Shown in pieces: positions 27,990 through 42,672 of a DNA stretch of 64,000 bases. Under the pieces are notes generated by a model, which made no database searches, had not been told where the DNA came from, and saw only the letters and a program-made list of their open reading frames with translations. The translations under genes and the position numbers were made by a program. This stretch comes from Eledone cirrhosa. Its lineage: Eukaryota. Every line of letters starts with the position of its first letter. Position 1 is the first letter of the stretch. The stretch lies in the NCBI GenBank assembly GCA_964016885.1, contig OZ024746.1, forward strand, positions 57,102,001 to 57,166,000. Direction: 5' to 3'.

Positions 27990-28740
27990 TCGCGCAGAGG
28001 GGACCAACGCGTACCTCGCGTCTGCCACCGTTCAGTCTTGCTCCCGTTGGCATCTCACTAAATTAGAGCCTCTTCTCTTCAGCTACTTCTGGAAGCTTCA
28101 GGGTCCATTTGTGAGGCAGTCCATCTCTGCCAACAATCTTACCAAGTACAGTTTAGCATACTGTAGCTGATGATGAACAAACATGCACTGAAGCTACGGC
28201 ATCTTCAGATATTCATCAACGTCTCATTGACGTACTGCAGGTCCAGGTCAAAAAGAGGCCAACACTGGGCGCCTGCATCTGGAGTTTTGCCAGGCGATCA
28301 CTCTCCTCCGCCAGGCGGGAAATGCAGTCAGTGGAAATTACACTCTAGAGATGTATAAATGGATAGGTGTGGGCAATGAGAGGACGCTTTTGGAGAGGCG
28401 CGAGTTGTCGATGAAATCGAACTGACCGAGGATGATGAATGACTTTCAGAAATCGTTTACTTGTCCGTGTCACCAGCTGAGCAGAGAAAGACTTAACCGT
28501 TCTGCGTGCACTTGCTCAGTGTTTGTACACTATTGACTTGTGGATTAGGTTGAACTGCTTTTATTGCATGTGGAACGGATCCGACTATCGACAGAGAACA
28601 TAGAGAAGATCGCCACGCTGACGTATTTTCGCCGGGATGGGCAGGTTGTATTTTCTGACTAATACATGTAGCGAAAGAGGTGTGGTGGGCCAGGTTAAAA
28701 GGACTGAAGATAGGCACTTGCTCTTCAGCCAAACCTCATC
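27990..28740 (-). mobile_element. Possible RTE-like LINE 3' relic
   Basis: GC-richer block; weak IPAKIRQR and WRRR..R..W-like fragments. Confidence 0.3.
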
Positions 28741-29026
28741 AACTATCAATTGTGTATCATCTCTTTTTTAGCTACATCTGTCAATTAAATAATAGTTAAC
28801 GACAAAGATGTTATTCCAAGACACTGCAGCTCCTGGTAAAATGTGAGCATGTTATGATTTCTCGATTGCGTACGTCTATTCATGAATTTTCCTTCATTCA
28901 TTTTTACTTGATGGAGACAAGAACATTCAGAAATCCACCCCAAGTGTAGAAATGATTGAACAGTTCCCGGCAACAGAAAGAAACACACCAGAACCTATGC
29001 ACACATACACTCACCCACCCCATATA

Positions 29027-29097
<71 letters not shown>

Positions 29098-29099
<2 letters not shown>

Positions 29100-29268
29100 C
29101 GAAGGAATTGTGGTAAGGACCCATATGGACCATAACGCATCAGAGTACTCAATACTTAGGGTAGTAGGAACATTTTTAACCCCGACAGCAGAGCTCAAGC
29201 TGTTTCGACGGCTATTTCTAGACCAGAAATAGCAGTCGAAACGGTTTTCATCTCTGCCGTCGGTGTTT
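29098..29268. mobile_element. Diverged family A-like miniature foldback
   Basis: Tail in minus orientation; centre TATTTCTAGACCAGAAATA near 29221. Confidence 0.8.
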
Positions 29269-29284
29269 AATTCATGAATTTAAG

Positions 29285-30064
29285 AATTTATACATTTCCG
29301 GTTGGTTGGTTGGTTCCATAACCGGACGGTTGTTCATACATTGTCAAAGTTCTTTCGTCACACATTCTGTGAGTTCTTCAGTGACTGAGGATTCTGTTCT
29401 TTGTTTTGTGCTTCTCCTTTGTTATGTCCTACACCATCTTGTTTTTGTGTATATCGTGGGCTTAGTTTGCGCATGTGTTACATCCAGGTGTCTTTGTGTG
29501 TTTTTATTTGTTTATTTATTTGTTTATTTACATGTTAGCAGTTAGTTGTTTGTGTGTGTGTTTTCATGTTGTCCTTAATTGTAAGTGGTGATGTTGCTAT
29601 ACCATTCATGTTTTCTATTTAATTTTGTTTGGAGTTCATTTATGTTTATTGCCTCTGTGATTTGTGTAAACATTGCGTCTTTTCTGTGTGTAGATTCTAT
29701 TTTTATTTCTATGCTCTCTAATTTGCCCTTATGTTCTATTTTAGCATGTTGATGGAGTATTGATGATTCTTTGTTATCTTGAAGTTCTCGCCAGTGTTCA
29801 TTTAACCGTTCTTCTATGCTACGAGCTGTCTCGCCTATGTACACTATATTCTTACCTTTACATTGGCCTTCAGTTCATCTAATGCTATATACTACATTTC
29901 TAGTTTTACAGTTAATATGGGGGCTTAGTTTACAGATTATGCAATTATTATCTATACAGGGACGTCTTTGAAAAGGGTATGTATTGCTAATAAAGCATAA
30001 CAATATCGGTTTCAACACAAGTTTTCAGATAAAGAATCTTGCTAAACAAATTCAGAAACGAAAT
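29285..30064. mobile_element. Family B fragment: minus arm with GIY-YIG ORF 29575-29844 and HHR relic 29343-29385, plus an inverted tail at ~29993-30064
   Basis: Similar to 32170-32870; the tail matches 62245-62312. Confidence 0.85.
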
Positions 30065-30122
30065 ATATATATATTATATATATACACATATATATATACA
30101 TATTATATATATATAATATGTA

Positions 30123-30200
<78 letters not shown>

Positions 30201-30383
30201 GTAAGTATGTATGTATACGTACATACATATATGTATACAGACGTACAATAGTATGTATATATATATATATACATACTATTGTACGTCTGTATACATATAT
30301 GTATGTACGTATACATACACACTTACATTTAAGTAAGTGCCGTACTAAGAGTGAGAAATGAAATTTCGTTTCATTCTATTCCA

Positions 30384-30418
<35 letters not shown>

Positions 30419-30476
30419 CACCTTGATCACCTTGACCGACCAGTCTGTCGGGCGCCAATAGACGACTCTGGTCACA

Positions 30477-31026
<550 letters not shown>

Positions 31027-31268
31027 GCAGGAAGTTATAGATCACTTGAAGCATTGTGTAATGAGGTATAAACGTTTGAATTTGTAAAGACAAAACAGCG
31101 TAGGTATGGACATAAAATCAAAAATGCAAATGCAAGAGATATTGTTGACAATTAGTCTTTTATCTTAGATTTATTTAAATGTCCTTAATTTTCCAATATC
31201 TCTTGCATTTGCATTTTTATTCTATGTCCATACCTGCATCGTTTTGGCTTTACAAATTCAAACGTATA
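31027..31268. repeat. Non-coding foldback, family H; related fragment at 22879-22987
   Basis: 31071-31144 is inverted at 31194-31265, with a one-sided tail 31027-31070. Confidence 0.75.
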
Positions 31269-31273
31269 TATAA

Positions 31274-31337
<64 letters not shown>

Positions 31338-31338
31338 G

Positions 31339-31472
<134 letters not shown>

Positions 31473-31933
31473 CTCAAAATAGGTGGATTTGTGAGAGAAC
31501 GGGAGTGTGGTATTGTATACAGACGCAAATGTTGAATTATGTTAATGACTTTAATACACATGTTGTATAGCTGAAGTAATAAGTGTGCGTAGTTCGACAT
31601 GAAAATAAATATCTATTCGATAATGATAGCTTTTCGTTAGATTTCATTCATTTTCGATATATGACAGGGTTATATTGCTTGTTAATAAACATACGCATGT
31701 CCACACACATTAGAAAACACCGTAGACTCATACATACAAATATTAAACACTTTTTTTACGTATAAGTTGTACTGTATAATATCCTACATTTCATAAAATC
31801 TCTGGTCAACTGCCACAGAACTCAATAGCTCAATGGTTCATATACGTTAGTGGAATTTGAGAGATTTAAAGTTTGAGATATATCTATTTATGTATACCAA
31901 TCACATAAATACCCCCCCCCCCCCCACACGAAC

Positions 31934-31984
<51 letters not shown>

Positions 31985-32209
31985 TATATATATATATATA
32001 TATTTCGTTTCTGAATTTGTTTAGCAGGATTCTTTATCTGAAATCGTGTGTTGAAACCGATATTGTTATACTTTGGGAGGGTCATGTTGCCAATAAGAAA
32101 CACACGCACCAGTTGCTTACTTCAATTTCTTATAATAAATTTATAATAAATTATAAATTTATAAATTTCTGGTTGGTTGGTTCCACAACCAGATAGTTGT
32201 TTATATATT

Positions 32210-32252
32210 GTCATAGTTCTTTCGTCACACACTCTGTGACCTCTTCAGTGAC
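32210..32252 (-). ncRNA. Minimal type I hammerhead (family B)
   Basis: GUCA-CUGAAGA-G-GUCACA(GAGUG)UGUGAC-GAAA-G(AA)C-UA^UGAC. Confidence 0.8.
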
Positions 32253-32453
32253 TGGGGATTCCTTTCTTTGTTTTTGTGCCCCTCCTTTGTTCTGTCCTAC
32301 GCCATTTTGATTCTCTGTGTGTGTTGTGTGCTCAGTCTGCGCATGCGCCACATCCGGGTGCATGTGTGTGTTTATGTTAATTTATTTATTTGTTTATTTG
32401 CATGTTACTGGTTGGTTGTTTGTTCTATGTGTGTGTGTGTTTTCATTTTGTCC

Positions 32454-35400
32454 TTAATTGTAGGTTGTGATGTTGCTGTTCCACTCATATTTACTATTTA
32501 ATTTTGCTTGTAATTCTTTTATGTTTATTGCCTCTGTGATCTGTCTAAACATTGCGTCTTTTCTGTGTGTAGATTCTATTTTAATTTCTATGTTCTCTAT
32601 TTTACCCTTGTGTTCTATTTTAGCATGTTGGTAGAGTACAGATGATTCTTTACTATCTTGAAGGTCTCGCCAGTGTTCATTTACTCGTTCCCCTACACTA
32701 CGAGCTGTCTCACCTATGTACACTATATTTTTGTCTCTACATTGTCCTTTAGTGCATCTTATGCTATACACTACATTTCTAGTTTTAAAGTTAATATGGG
32801 GGCTTATTTTACAGGTTATACATTTCTTATCTATACATGAGGGTCTTTGAAAAGGGTATGTCTTACTAATAAGTGTTTTTACGGTGGTACCCGGTCTTTC
32901 TACTATCTTAATATAGAGTTTATGTTTATCTAGGGTCCTTCTAAATGTGTAAGCTAATTCACCTCTAGGGGTTGTATCGATGAACTTTACACTCTGGTAT
33001 TTATTGCTATCATACCATGAGTTTATTCTATTAGCCTAGTTCCTAGTTCTTTCTATTCTATTCCAAAATGTGCTCCTATACAAGGGGCAGGTCCCATTTA
33101 TGTCATTATTTACCATTTTTTCCCATTTGGTTCTGGCTCCTCTATACACTCTGATTTTATCTCTCTGATTGTAGCCAGAGAACTGCATACGGTGGATGAA
33201 GTGTTGTATGTGTCTCTCTAGTTCTTCGGGGTTGCACATGCGGGACACGGTTCTCATCACCCGTACCAAATCCGCAATCAGTATGTTGATTTTGGTATGG
33301 TCCGAAACGGCCGAGTTTCGGTGGATCAGATGTTTGGAAGTCATAGGTTTGGCATAATGGGAATGGAGGATTTGTTTTTTGTTATTAATGGTATCTAACC
33401 AGAGCTCTGTGTCTAGTACAGGTAATCGATGGTTGGGGTGTTTACTTGGGTAGTCTATAGTAACTCTAATACTCTGGTGGATGGAGTTAGCTATTTGCTG
33501 GATGCTTTCCATTGTGTTTTTCTCTAGTTCCTGACTGTTCTCTAGTGGGGTGTCTTAACTACGATGTTTATATCATCAACGTAGCGGGAGTACATTATCA
33601 GGGTTAAGGGGTCTTCTAATTGTTCTTTAAGTTTAAGTCTACTGTCCCACCATACCATGAATAAGTTAGCTATGTCGCCTGCAATGCTAACACCAATGGC
33701 TGCTCCTTCCTCTTGGGCATATGTTTTTCCACTAAATTTGAACATATGTTCCTTAAAGGTTAGTTTTATGCTGGCCCCTACCGCATGTGCAATCATTTTC
33801 TTCAGTTCATCGTGGTTTTCGGGTGTCCGTATGGCTCTGGTCCACCCGTTCCATCTATCTGTGTGGGTTTTCTTGGCCATTGAGGTAATGGTAGGTGGTC
33901 TGCCTCTTGCTGGTCTTGTAGGGCACAGGTTTACTAAGGTCATATGTGTCTAGGTAATTATTACTATAGGTAAGTTTAAGTAGGAGTCCCAGCTCACTGG
34001 TATCAATCCCACGGAACTCAACATTGCTCTCACTGATCATTTCTACGCATTTCTCCACAACAAAATCCACGTCAATAGATGGATACAGGGACACAACATC
34101 CATACTACCTATTATGCAGTTTGTTAGGTACCTAGATCGGTTACTCTCGCCGATTCTGCTGAGGAGGTCCTCCGTGCTGTCACGTACATCTGGGGGCATT
34201 TCAATGATGGGGCGTATGATCAGGGAGAGGAAGTAGGACAGTCTGTAGTTACTAGCAATGTTAGCTCCACAGACTGGCCGTGTTGGTGGTCCCGCGACAG
34301 GGTCACTGCCCGTTTTATGGTCTTTTCGAAGCCCATACAACGCCGGCACGTCATTGTTCCAGGCCTGGAAGTTGTTGGCAGTCCTTTTGTTGGGCTGTAT
34401 TATATTCGTCCACATCACCATATGGGCATTGAGGGCTTTATATCTATCCTCATGCTCCTGTGGTGTTACCTCTCTTGTGTTAGTGATGTGGGGTTGCATT
34501 TCCTGGATGTAGTTTGGCAGGCTGTCAACCGACATTCTGCCAGACTTTTCTGTTGGAAAGCATGCTATTTCTCCATTACGCGAGCGCTGCATGAGCTTAC
34601 GCAAGCCATTTGCAGATTTTTCTCCCAGTTGCTGGGCCTCCATTCTATTATGTTTCTTGCTATACTGTTCTAATATATTTCTAAGTTCGGATCTAGCTAT
34701 ACTTAATTGTGCTTCTGTTTGTTCATCGACCTGCGACGGCAATTGCGTGCGTTTGTTAAATGGTAAAGTCGTGGCGTGGACTCGTCGCAGGTCGAACGAT
34801 TTATCGGAGGGATTAGGAAAAGTAGAGTTCCAGGCTGCTGCTTTATGTGTACTAGTGCTATTGTTATTGTTAGTTGTGTTGTTTCTATTTCTATTTCCAC
34901 CAACAGCCTCATGGTTGTTTCTATGTATCTCATAATTACTCCTGTCTCTTGCCGCTGGCTCATTGTTGTTATCTACCCTATATTGTGTGTCTGTGTGTTC
35001 GTCTTGGTTATTTTCTTTGTCCTTAGTCTCCCTTCTCCTTTTAATCCTATTACTTTCCCTTATTTCTGTGATTTCTGTGCTACTGTCATTACTTGTTTTC
35101 TGTGTCTGTGTGTTTGTTAAGATTGTGGTGGTGGTGAGAGGCATTGAATGTGTGTCTGTTATTGTTGTTGATGTGTGCTGTTGTTGATGTGTGTTGTTAT
35201 CTCCGTGTGTGTTATTATTGTTGTGCGTGTTGTTATTGTTGTTTGTGTCTGCGTGTCTGTTGTTGTTGTTTCTGGGTATGTTGTTATTGTTGTTGTTGTT
35301 GTTGGTGTTGTTGTGTGTGTTGTTGTTATTGTTGTTTGTGTCTGTGTGTCTGTTGTTGTTAGGATGTGTGTTGTATATGTGTGTGCGTATATTGTTACTT

Positions 35401-35607
35401 TTGTTTTTGTTTTTGAGGCTCCAGCGTAGTTTTGTAAATGATTTTTTCTATTTCTGACAGACAACTAATCATATTTACCTTCTTTAATGTCGCAAATTTC
35501 GGTGGTAAAAGTAATACAGATAACTCATCGTTATCTATTACCGTGTTGCCGTATATATTTGTGTTGTTGTTGTTGTTGAACTCATCTGCTAATGAGGTGT
35601 CGGCCAT
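32454..35607 (-). pseudogene. Fragmented RT plus GIY-YIG polyprotein of family B
   Basis: Collinear ORFs 35395-35607, 33855-35144, 33542-33943, 33036-33512 and 32454-32771. Confidence 0.88.
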
Positions 35608-36039
35608 ATTTATACCGTCAATTTTGTCGGGATATCTATTGGTAATCTCTACAGTATCCTGGTTTAGCTTTATCTGCTTAAGCCACTTTAGTTTCTTGTT
35701 AAAGTGCGTATCACATTCTTGAGTAATGTACTGTTCTCCAGGACGTATAAGGCTTATAAATATTAGTTTCTCTCTTGGTGTGGTGATCCTAGCTATTTCT
35801 TGTATTAGGTTACGCTTATGTTTTTCTTGATGACTTAATTCTCTATAGATCTTCTTTTTTATGTTTAGAATTAGTGTTCGTTTTAGCCTATCTGCTTGTT
35901 TTTTTGGTGAGTTGTAATCTTCTTACGGGGGTGTTGATAGTGTTGGTGTAAACTCGGGACGAGGCACATTCTTTTATGAAGTGTAGTTGTCGAGATGTTA
36001 TGGTTTTTCGTAAACAGAACATGGTGGTTTTCAGTATCT

Positions 36040-37935
36040 TGTTATCCTGGCTTTACATAAGGCTGGACATAAGGAGAAGCTGGAATACATACTAGATAGA
36101 GACAACAGCAACAAAGCTATCGACAACAACACTACCCGCTCATATAGAAATAACAAGCATAGGACTAAGCATATAATTAGACAACGAGCACCAAAAATAA
36201 CTGAACAGAACACTAATATAAGGACCCCCAAAACTATAGAAGATCCACAGATAGAAAGTACCTATTGTTCATTCCAATATTCAACTCCTCTATGAAAACT
36301 AAACTACCTTCTACATTCTTTAAACCAATAGATATGCACTTCCCTACACTACACAAATACCATAAAATCTTTAATAGAAAAACTATAAAACTTTCCTACT
36401 CTACTGCAGCGAACATAGACTCGCACATGCGTAAAATCAACCACAAAAATATCTCTAAAGAAATTAACCTACCAACATGCACCATAGCACCAAACACAAA
36501 ACGCAAACACATAAAAACATCACAACAACAAACGCATCAGAACGCATCACAACAAAAGATTAATAGGTCTAAATCACAACCCACCCACAATAACTTACAA
36601 AACCGCAACGATGAACCTGCACACAGTAAAACCTCAAATTGTAATTGCCACCTACCGGATAAGTGCCCACTACGGAATAGATTCCTGGATTCGGGTATGG
36701 TATACCTGTGTACTGTAAATTCAGGCAACTCTACCTGGCACTACATAGGGTCCACGGCTGGGTATTTCAAGAAAAGGTGGTATGTCCACAGACACTCCAT
36801 GAAGAACTCTACGACGCTCGCCAATAAAATCAGACAGCTTAAACACAAAAACATAGAATATAAGATTAACTGCTCAAACTTATCGGTAGCAAGAGCCGAC
36901 AGCAAGGGAATGACTCACTGCGGGCTTTGTAATTTAGAACTACTACATATTTTAAGGTACGGTAGGATGCTGCTTAACAGCAAAATACAAAGATCAATTT
37001 TCTGTAGGCATAAAATAGCTACTAAATTCACAAACTTCAAACCACCATGATTTGAAATAGCAATCCCCAAATTAGAACTTAATCACCTAGATTTTAACAT
37101 ATAGATTACACACCATCACACTGCTATTAGCTGTCAAACGCCCAACTGGTCACTGGATCATAAAGCTCTGAACATCTTTTTCACCCTCTCTCCCTGAAAC
37201 AGCATCAACCCCATTAAGATAGAACAATCAGCAAAACATTTACAACAAGCGTTTATCAAACGTCCCGTCACCCCTAGCCCATACATCTTAACTACTTTCT
37301 AGATTCTCATACATGTATCCACCAATTAATCCTTAATTTATTGGTTTTTCTAGTATATGTCACTATATCGGACCCTCTACACGTATCTATGTACATATCG
37401 AATCTGGTTTTTCATGTTAGAATCCTTATAAGAACACTTACTCAAAACTACTACTAACATACTATGTACATACACGCTCTCACTTATCCTTATTTATTTA
37501 TTTATGTCTTCCATTTTCTCATTCTATTACTTTTTTAATGAACCTCATTTGATCTTTTACTTTTTTATCTTCTCTATCTATTTACCATATATGTTTTATT
37601 ATTGATGTTATTGTTTTGATTATAGGCTTCTATATATGACTTGCCTCGAGTGAATTATTTTCATGACTACGTACTCTGCTGTGTTTCCCAGATGTAAATA
37701 ATGTATTGGAGATCGAGTGACGAAACTCCAAGCCATTAGCGAACTCTAGACTCACCTGATCAACGAAACAATTGTCAGTACTTTAAATGAATCCCCTTAT
37801 TGTACAGCCAACCATGTTACTCTTCATTCTTTAACTATTATTACTCCAAGTACAACCTGCATAGGAATTACCGCGAACTCGCTGCATAACTATGGAAGCA
37901 TCTTATTGAGTCAAACAAAGCTGTACGTTAAAATT
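36040..37935 (+). mobile_element. Older Naiad-like PLE (family D): degenerate thumb/GIY-YIG ORF 36265-37050 plus 3' UTR
   Basis: HKYHKIFNRKTIKLSYS, CNC..CPL, YIGST..FKKRW..H, CGLC..E, CRH; HHR relic at 37671-37781. Confidence 0.85.
37671..37781 (+). ncRNA. Hammerhead relic with long stem II (family D)
   Basis: GUACU-CUGCUGU(decayed core)-GUU...AAC-GAAA-CAAUUG-UC^AGUAC. Confidence 0.6.
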
Positions 37936-38311
37936 ATCAACGACACAGAGTACTCACTAACTCTAACTGGATTACCGATAACGATAACATGTTATGCCAT
38001 ATATATATACATATATATATATATATATGTATGTAGGAGTTGTATTTAATTTGTTGGAATTCCGACAAACACATTTTTATAACTGATACAGAGCACTCAA
38101 CAAGTTTCTGGGGTAAATATTCCAAGATAATAATAAATGGAAACTATATTTATAAAACCATATTTATTTTATTATTTATATTTGAAGGGCGACCAAGCAT
38201 ATATTGGTACGCTTTCATCAGATAAAATACAAAATTTGTTTTATAAATAATGACATACCCATGGATATCACACCTTAACGGTACAAAAATTCGCTGGATA
38301 GTGACTATTTG

Positions 38312-38402
<91 letters not shown>

Positions 38403-38552
38403 AGCATAAAGGGTAGAGTTACAAGAATACGATTGGGAATACATGGATGAGGAAAGCACGATCCAGAGAGGAATGGACGGCGTGCTGTGACCAGCGGCGC
38501 TGAATGGACGCCCGACAGACTGGTCGGTTAAGGTGATCAAGGTGAAAGGTGA
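38403..38552 (+). mobile_element. Probable LINE 3' end; related fragment at 30419-30476 (minus)
   Basis: Shared CCCGACAGACTGGTCGGT.AAGGTGATCAAGG with short tandem terminal units. Confidence 0.45.
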
Positions 38553-38556
38553 TATA

Positions 38557-38624
<68 letters not shown>

Positions 38625-38824
38625 AGATCAAAAGATGGTTAAAGGAGTTCCATATATTTTATTATGCGCATTTCAAAAACAAACATCATCAAGCAATAAT
38701 ATTTGTGTTTTCATCAGATAAAACAGAACATGATATGAAGGCTAAAAAAAAACACTTGTTGATAGTGCAGTTTTAAATCAACATATATCTATATATATAT
38801 ATATAGAGAGAGAGAGATATATTA

Positions 38825-39015
38825 GCTTTACCGCTGGGGGTCTTGACTTTTTCCTATATATATATATAGGAAAAGGGTCAAGACCCCGGCGGTAGAGCTA
38901 AAACACGGTCAACGGCTATTTCTAGACTATTTCCTGTCCAGAAATAGACGGCGAAACGGCGTGGGATCTGCCGTCGGGGTCGTGACTCATTTCATATTAC
39001 CCACTCTACTACCCT
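38825..39015. mobile_element. Degenerate family A-like 3'-end fragments forming a foldback
   Basis: GACCCC..CGGCTATTTCT / CCAGAAATAG..GAAACGGC..GCCGTCGGGGTC..ACCCACTCTACTACC. Confidence 0.7.
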
Positions 39016-39829
39016 ATATATATAGAGAGAGAGAACGAGAGAGAGAGATGTGTATTTATGTATATTCATATATATATATATGTATGTGTGTGTATATGTG
39101 AATGTAAGTATGTAAGTTTGTATATTTCTATATATATTATTTTCCGTGCCCTGCGCAAATACATTTAGTTCGCATTTTATACTTTTATGCATTTTAACTA
39201 TCATTCTTCTATTATCTATTTTTGCTGTTTTCTTTTCCTCACCATGCCTTTTTTATTTAATATATGCCATCAGCGTTGTTATAGAAACGTCTTTATGTGA
39301 ACCAGCAATCTTGATCGGAAATAAAATCGCCAGCAGATAAAAACTAAAAACAACACTTAAGACAAACCCTTTTCATTATAAGCTTGTTTTCCTTCCATTT
39401 CAGTATCAACTTTTCTTTTAGCTACATGTTATGTTTCCCTTCATTTTGATTTTACATAGTTTTTTTTTTAACTGCTGTTGTTACTTATGTATGTATGTGT
39501 GTATGTATGCTTGTATGTATGCATGACTTTATATATTTGTAGAGATGTATACACGTATGCATGTATGTGTATATATATATGTATACATACACACATGCAT
39601 ACGTGCATACATACATGCATACATAAACACATATATATATACATAAACACATATATATACATATATATATGGATATGTATACATATATGTATGTAAATAC
39701 ATATATATATATGTGTATATACTAAATACTATATATATATTATATATATATTATATATAGTATATATATTATATATATATATACATATGTATAAATCGGA
39801 GTATCGCTAAAAAGCTTTCTCCGATATTG

Positions 39830-39917
<88 letters not shown>

Positions 39918-42672
39918 CATGGGGAGGGCCATATTTGTGTAATAATATTCCCAGAATTAATAACAGAACACACTCACAATTTGGTTGGTTTTCGCTTCTG
40001 TGTCCTTTATATCATTCAATTTAATTTATTCGTTCCTTAATGTCACCATTGACTGACCAACGGTCAAAAATACAGATACAATATAGACACAAACACATAT
40101 ATGTGGTCTAACAAAGTCCTTTCGTTGCACATCTGCAACATCGTCAGTGGTGCTATTATGTTTCCTCCCGTTGTATTGTATGCCTACGCCGTCTTTATTT
40201 AGTCTGTTTATTTATTTATTTATTTTTTATTTATTTTTTTTTTTGTTCTGCGAATCATTTTGCGTGTGTGTATAGTGATTTGTTTGATGTGTGTTCGTGT
40301 TTGGGTGACTGTGTATTGGTTATTGTATTCTATCTTAGTTTACTAGTGTGTGTTTATATGTGTTTGTTGTTACTGTGCTTGTGTATGTATTTATTTATTT
40401 ATTTATCCTTCTCTTAGGTCAGTGTTATTTGTCTGTGTGTTGTTATTCCATTCATTTTTTCTATTTTGCCTTGGCCTTCTATGTTCTATTTCGCTGGCCT
40501 CTTTGATTTGCCTATCTGCTGGGTCATTTCTATGTTTTGATATTATTCTAATCTCTATGTTGTCTATGTTACCGTCGTGTTGTTGTCTGGCATGTTCGTA
40601 TAGTACTGCACCGTGTTTTCGTCCTTTTAGTTCCCTCCAGTGTTGGTCTATCCTTTCACCTATGCTAGGAGCTGTCTCGCCTATGTATGTTCTTGTCATG
40701 TTTCTGCAAGTACTCTCTGTATATCTTATGCTATAGACTATGTTTCTAGTTTTACAGTTTATCTAGGTGTTTACCTTACATATAATACATTTCCTATTAG
40801 TAAAGTGGGTCTTCTTAAAAGGGTAGGTTTTGCAGATCAGGGATTTTATGGTGGTTCCTGGCTTTTCTACCACATTGATCTTTAAGTGGGTCTTTCTCCG
40901 GGCCTTTCTACACTGGTTAGCTAATGTCCCTCCATGGGTAGCGTCAACACACATGACACTATGGTATCTCTAGTTGTCGTACCATGAGGTGGCTTTCCCT
41001 ATCTTATGTCTAGTCCTATCTAAGCTATTCCATGATTTGCTCCTGTATAATAGGCAAATTCCTTTCATGTCCAGTTCTATGAGGGTTTTATACTTCGCCG
41101 TGGCTCCTTCGTATACTCTGATTCTGTATCTTTGGTTGTAGCCAGAAAACTGCATGCGGTTGATGAAGTGTTGGATGTGTCTTTCCATTTCTGTTGGGTC
41201 GCACATGCGGGACCCGTTCTTCATCACTCGTACCATGTCCGCGATCAGAATATTAAACTTAGCACTACTGGTCATTACTGATTTTTTGAGTATCAGGTAT
41301 TTTGAGGCCATGAGTTTAGCATAGTGAGAGTAGAGAATTTGGACTCTCTCGTCTATAGTGTTAATCCAGAGTTCCGTGTCTAATACAGGTAGTCTATTGT
41401 TAGGGTGTTTGGAAGGGTAGTCGATAGTTATACTCTGGTGTATGGAACTAGCTATGTGCTGGATGCTTTCCATTGTGCTACATTCTAAACCAAACTTGTT
41501 AGTACTCTCTTGTGGGGGATGTCCTTATTACTATATAGATATCGTCTACGTAACGAGAGTACATGATGAAGTCTATGGAGCTCTCATAAAGGAGATCTTT
41601 GAGTCTCCTTTTCCACCATACCATAAAAAGTTTGGCAACGTCACTAGCTATGCTGACGGCAATAGCTGCTCTCTCATTTTGGGTGTAGATCTTCTCGTTG
41701 AATTTGAATATGTGGTCCTCTAGGGTAGTTTTGATACTAGCCTCTATTGCATGTGCGACCATTTTTCTTACATGATCATTGTTTTGGGGTCTCCGATTAG
41801 CATTGGTCCACCCAATCCACCTTCTCATGGGAGTCTTTGTTGCCATTGAGGTTATGGTGAGGAGTCTACCTCTTATGGGTCTACTGGGCAGAAACCTCTA
41901 AGGTCATGGCTGTCTAGGTAGTCACTGTCATAGGTAAGTCTAAGTAGGAGGCCCAGTCCGTCTGTCTCGACATCGCAGAACACCACTTCACTCTCAATGA
42001 TCATCTCCACACATTTTTGCACAGCGAAATCAATGTTAATGGATGGGTACAGTGATACCACATCCATACTGCCTATTATGCAGTTGGATAAGTTCCTGTT
42101 TGTGTTGCACTCACTGACTCTACTGAGGAGGTCCTCTGTACTGTCTCATACATCTGGAGACATCATGATTATGGGGCGTATAACCATTGAGAGGAAGTAG
42201 GAGATCCTGTAGTTGCTAGCTATATTTGAACCGCATACAGGTCTTGTTGATGGTCCTGTTGTCGTGTCGTTGACTGTCTTGTGGTCTTTGCGGAGCCCAT
42301 ATAAGGGTGGTATGCGATTGTTAGACGCCTGGAAGTTGTTGGCAGTGCGTCTGCTTGGTTTTAGGATGACGGTCCACATCATCATGTGAACGTTGAGGAT
42401 TTTCTCTCTCCCATCATCTATTTGCTGTGCAAGTTCGCTCGTGTTGGTGATGTGGGGTTACATAGCCTTGATATAGTTCGGCATGGTGTCTATTGACATC
42501 CTACCAGACTTATCCGTGGGTAGACATACTACCTCACCATCCCTTGTGCGCTGCTTGAGGCTAACAAAGCTTTCTACATATTTCCTCCCAAGTTGTTGGA
42601 CCTCTGGTCTGCTCTGTCTCTTAGTATACCGGTCTACTCTTTGTCTAATCGTATTTCTAGCTATGGTGAACT
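39918..42672 (-). mobile_element. Family B-related PLE (diverged subfamily), 5'-truncated, degenerate RT and GIY-YIG
   Basis: ORF pieces with DKSG, LYGLRKDHK, MDVVSLYPSI, YSRYVDD, LPVLD, YIGETA. Confidence 0.88.
40110..40151 (-). ncRNA. Minimal hammerhead relic
   Basis: ACCA-CUGACGA-U-GUUGCA(GAUG)UGCAAC-GAAA-G(GA)C-UU^UGUU. Stem II has a different sequence from family B but remains paired. Confidence 0.7.

Larger units (their letters stand above)
32003..35990 (-). mobile_element. PLE family B (clade not assigned), near full length and degenerate
   Basis: ORF pieces carry EKSG, LYGLRKDHK, RPVC, MDVVSLYPSI, GAAIG, YSRYVDD, LPVLD, YAKPM and YIGETARS. The 3' UTR, HHR and tail end in (TA)n at 32003. 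Confidence 0.9.
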
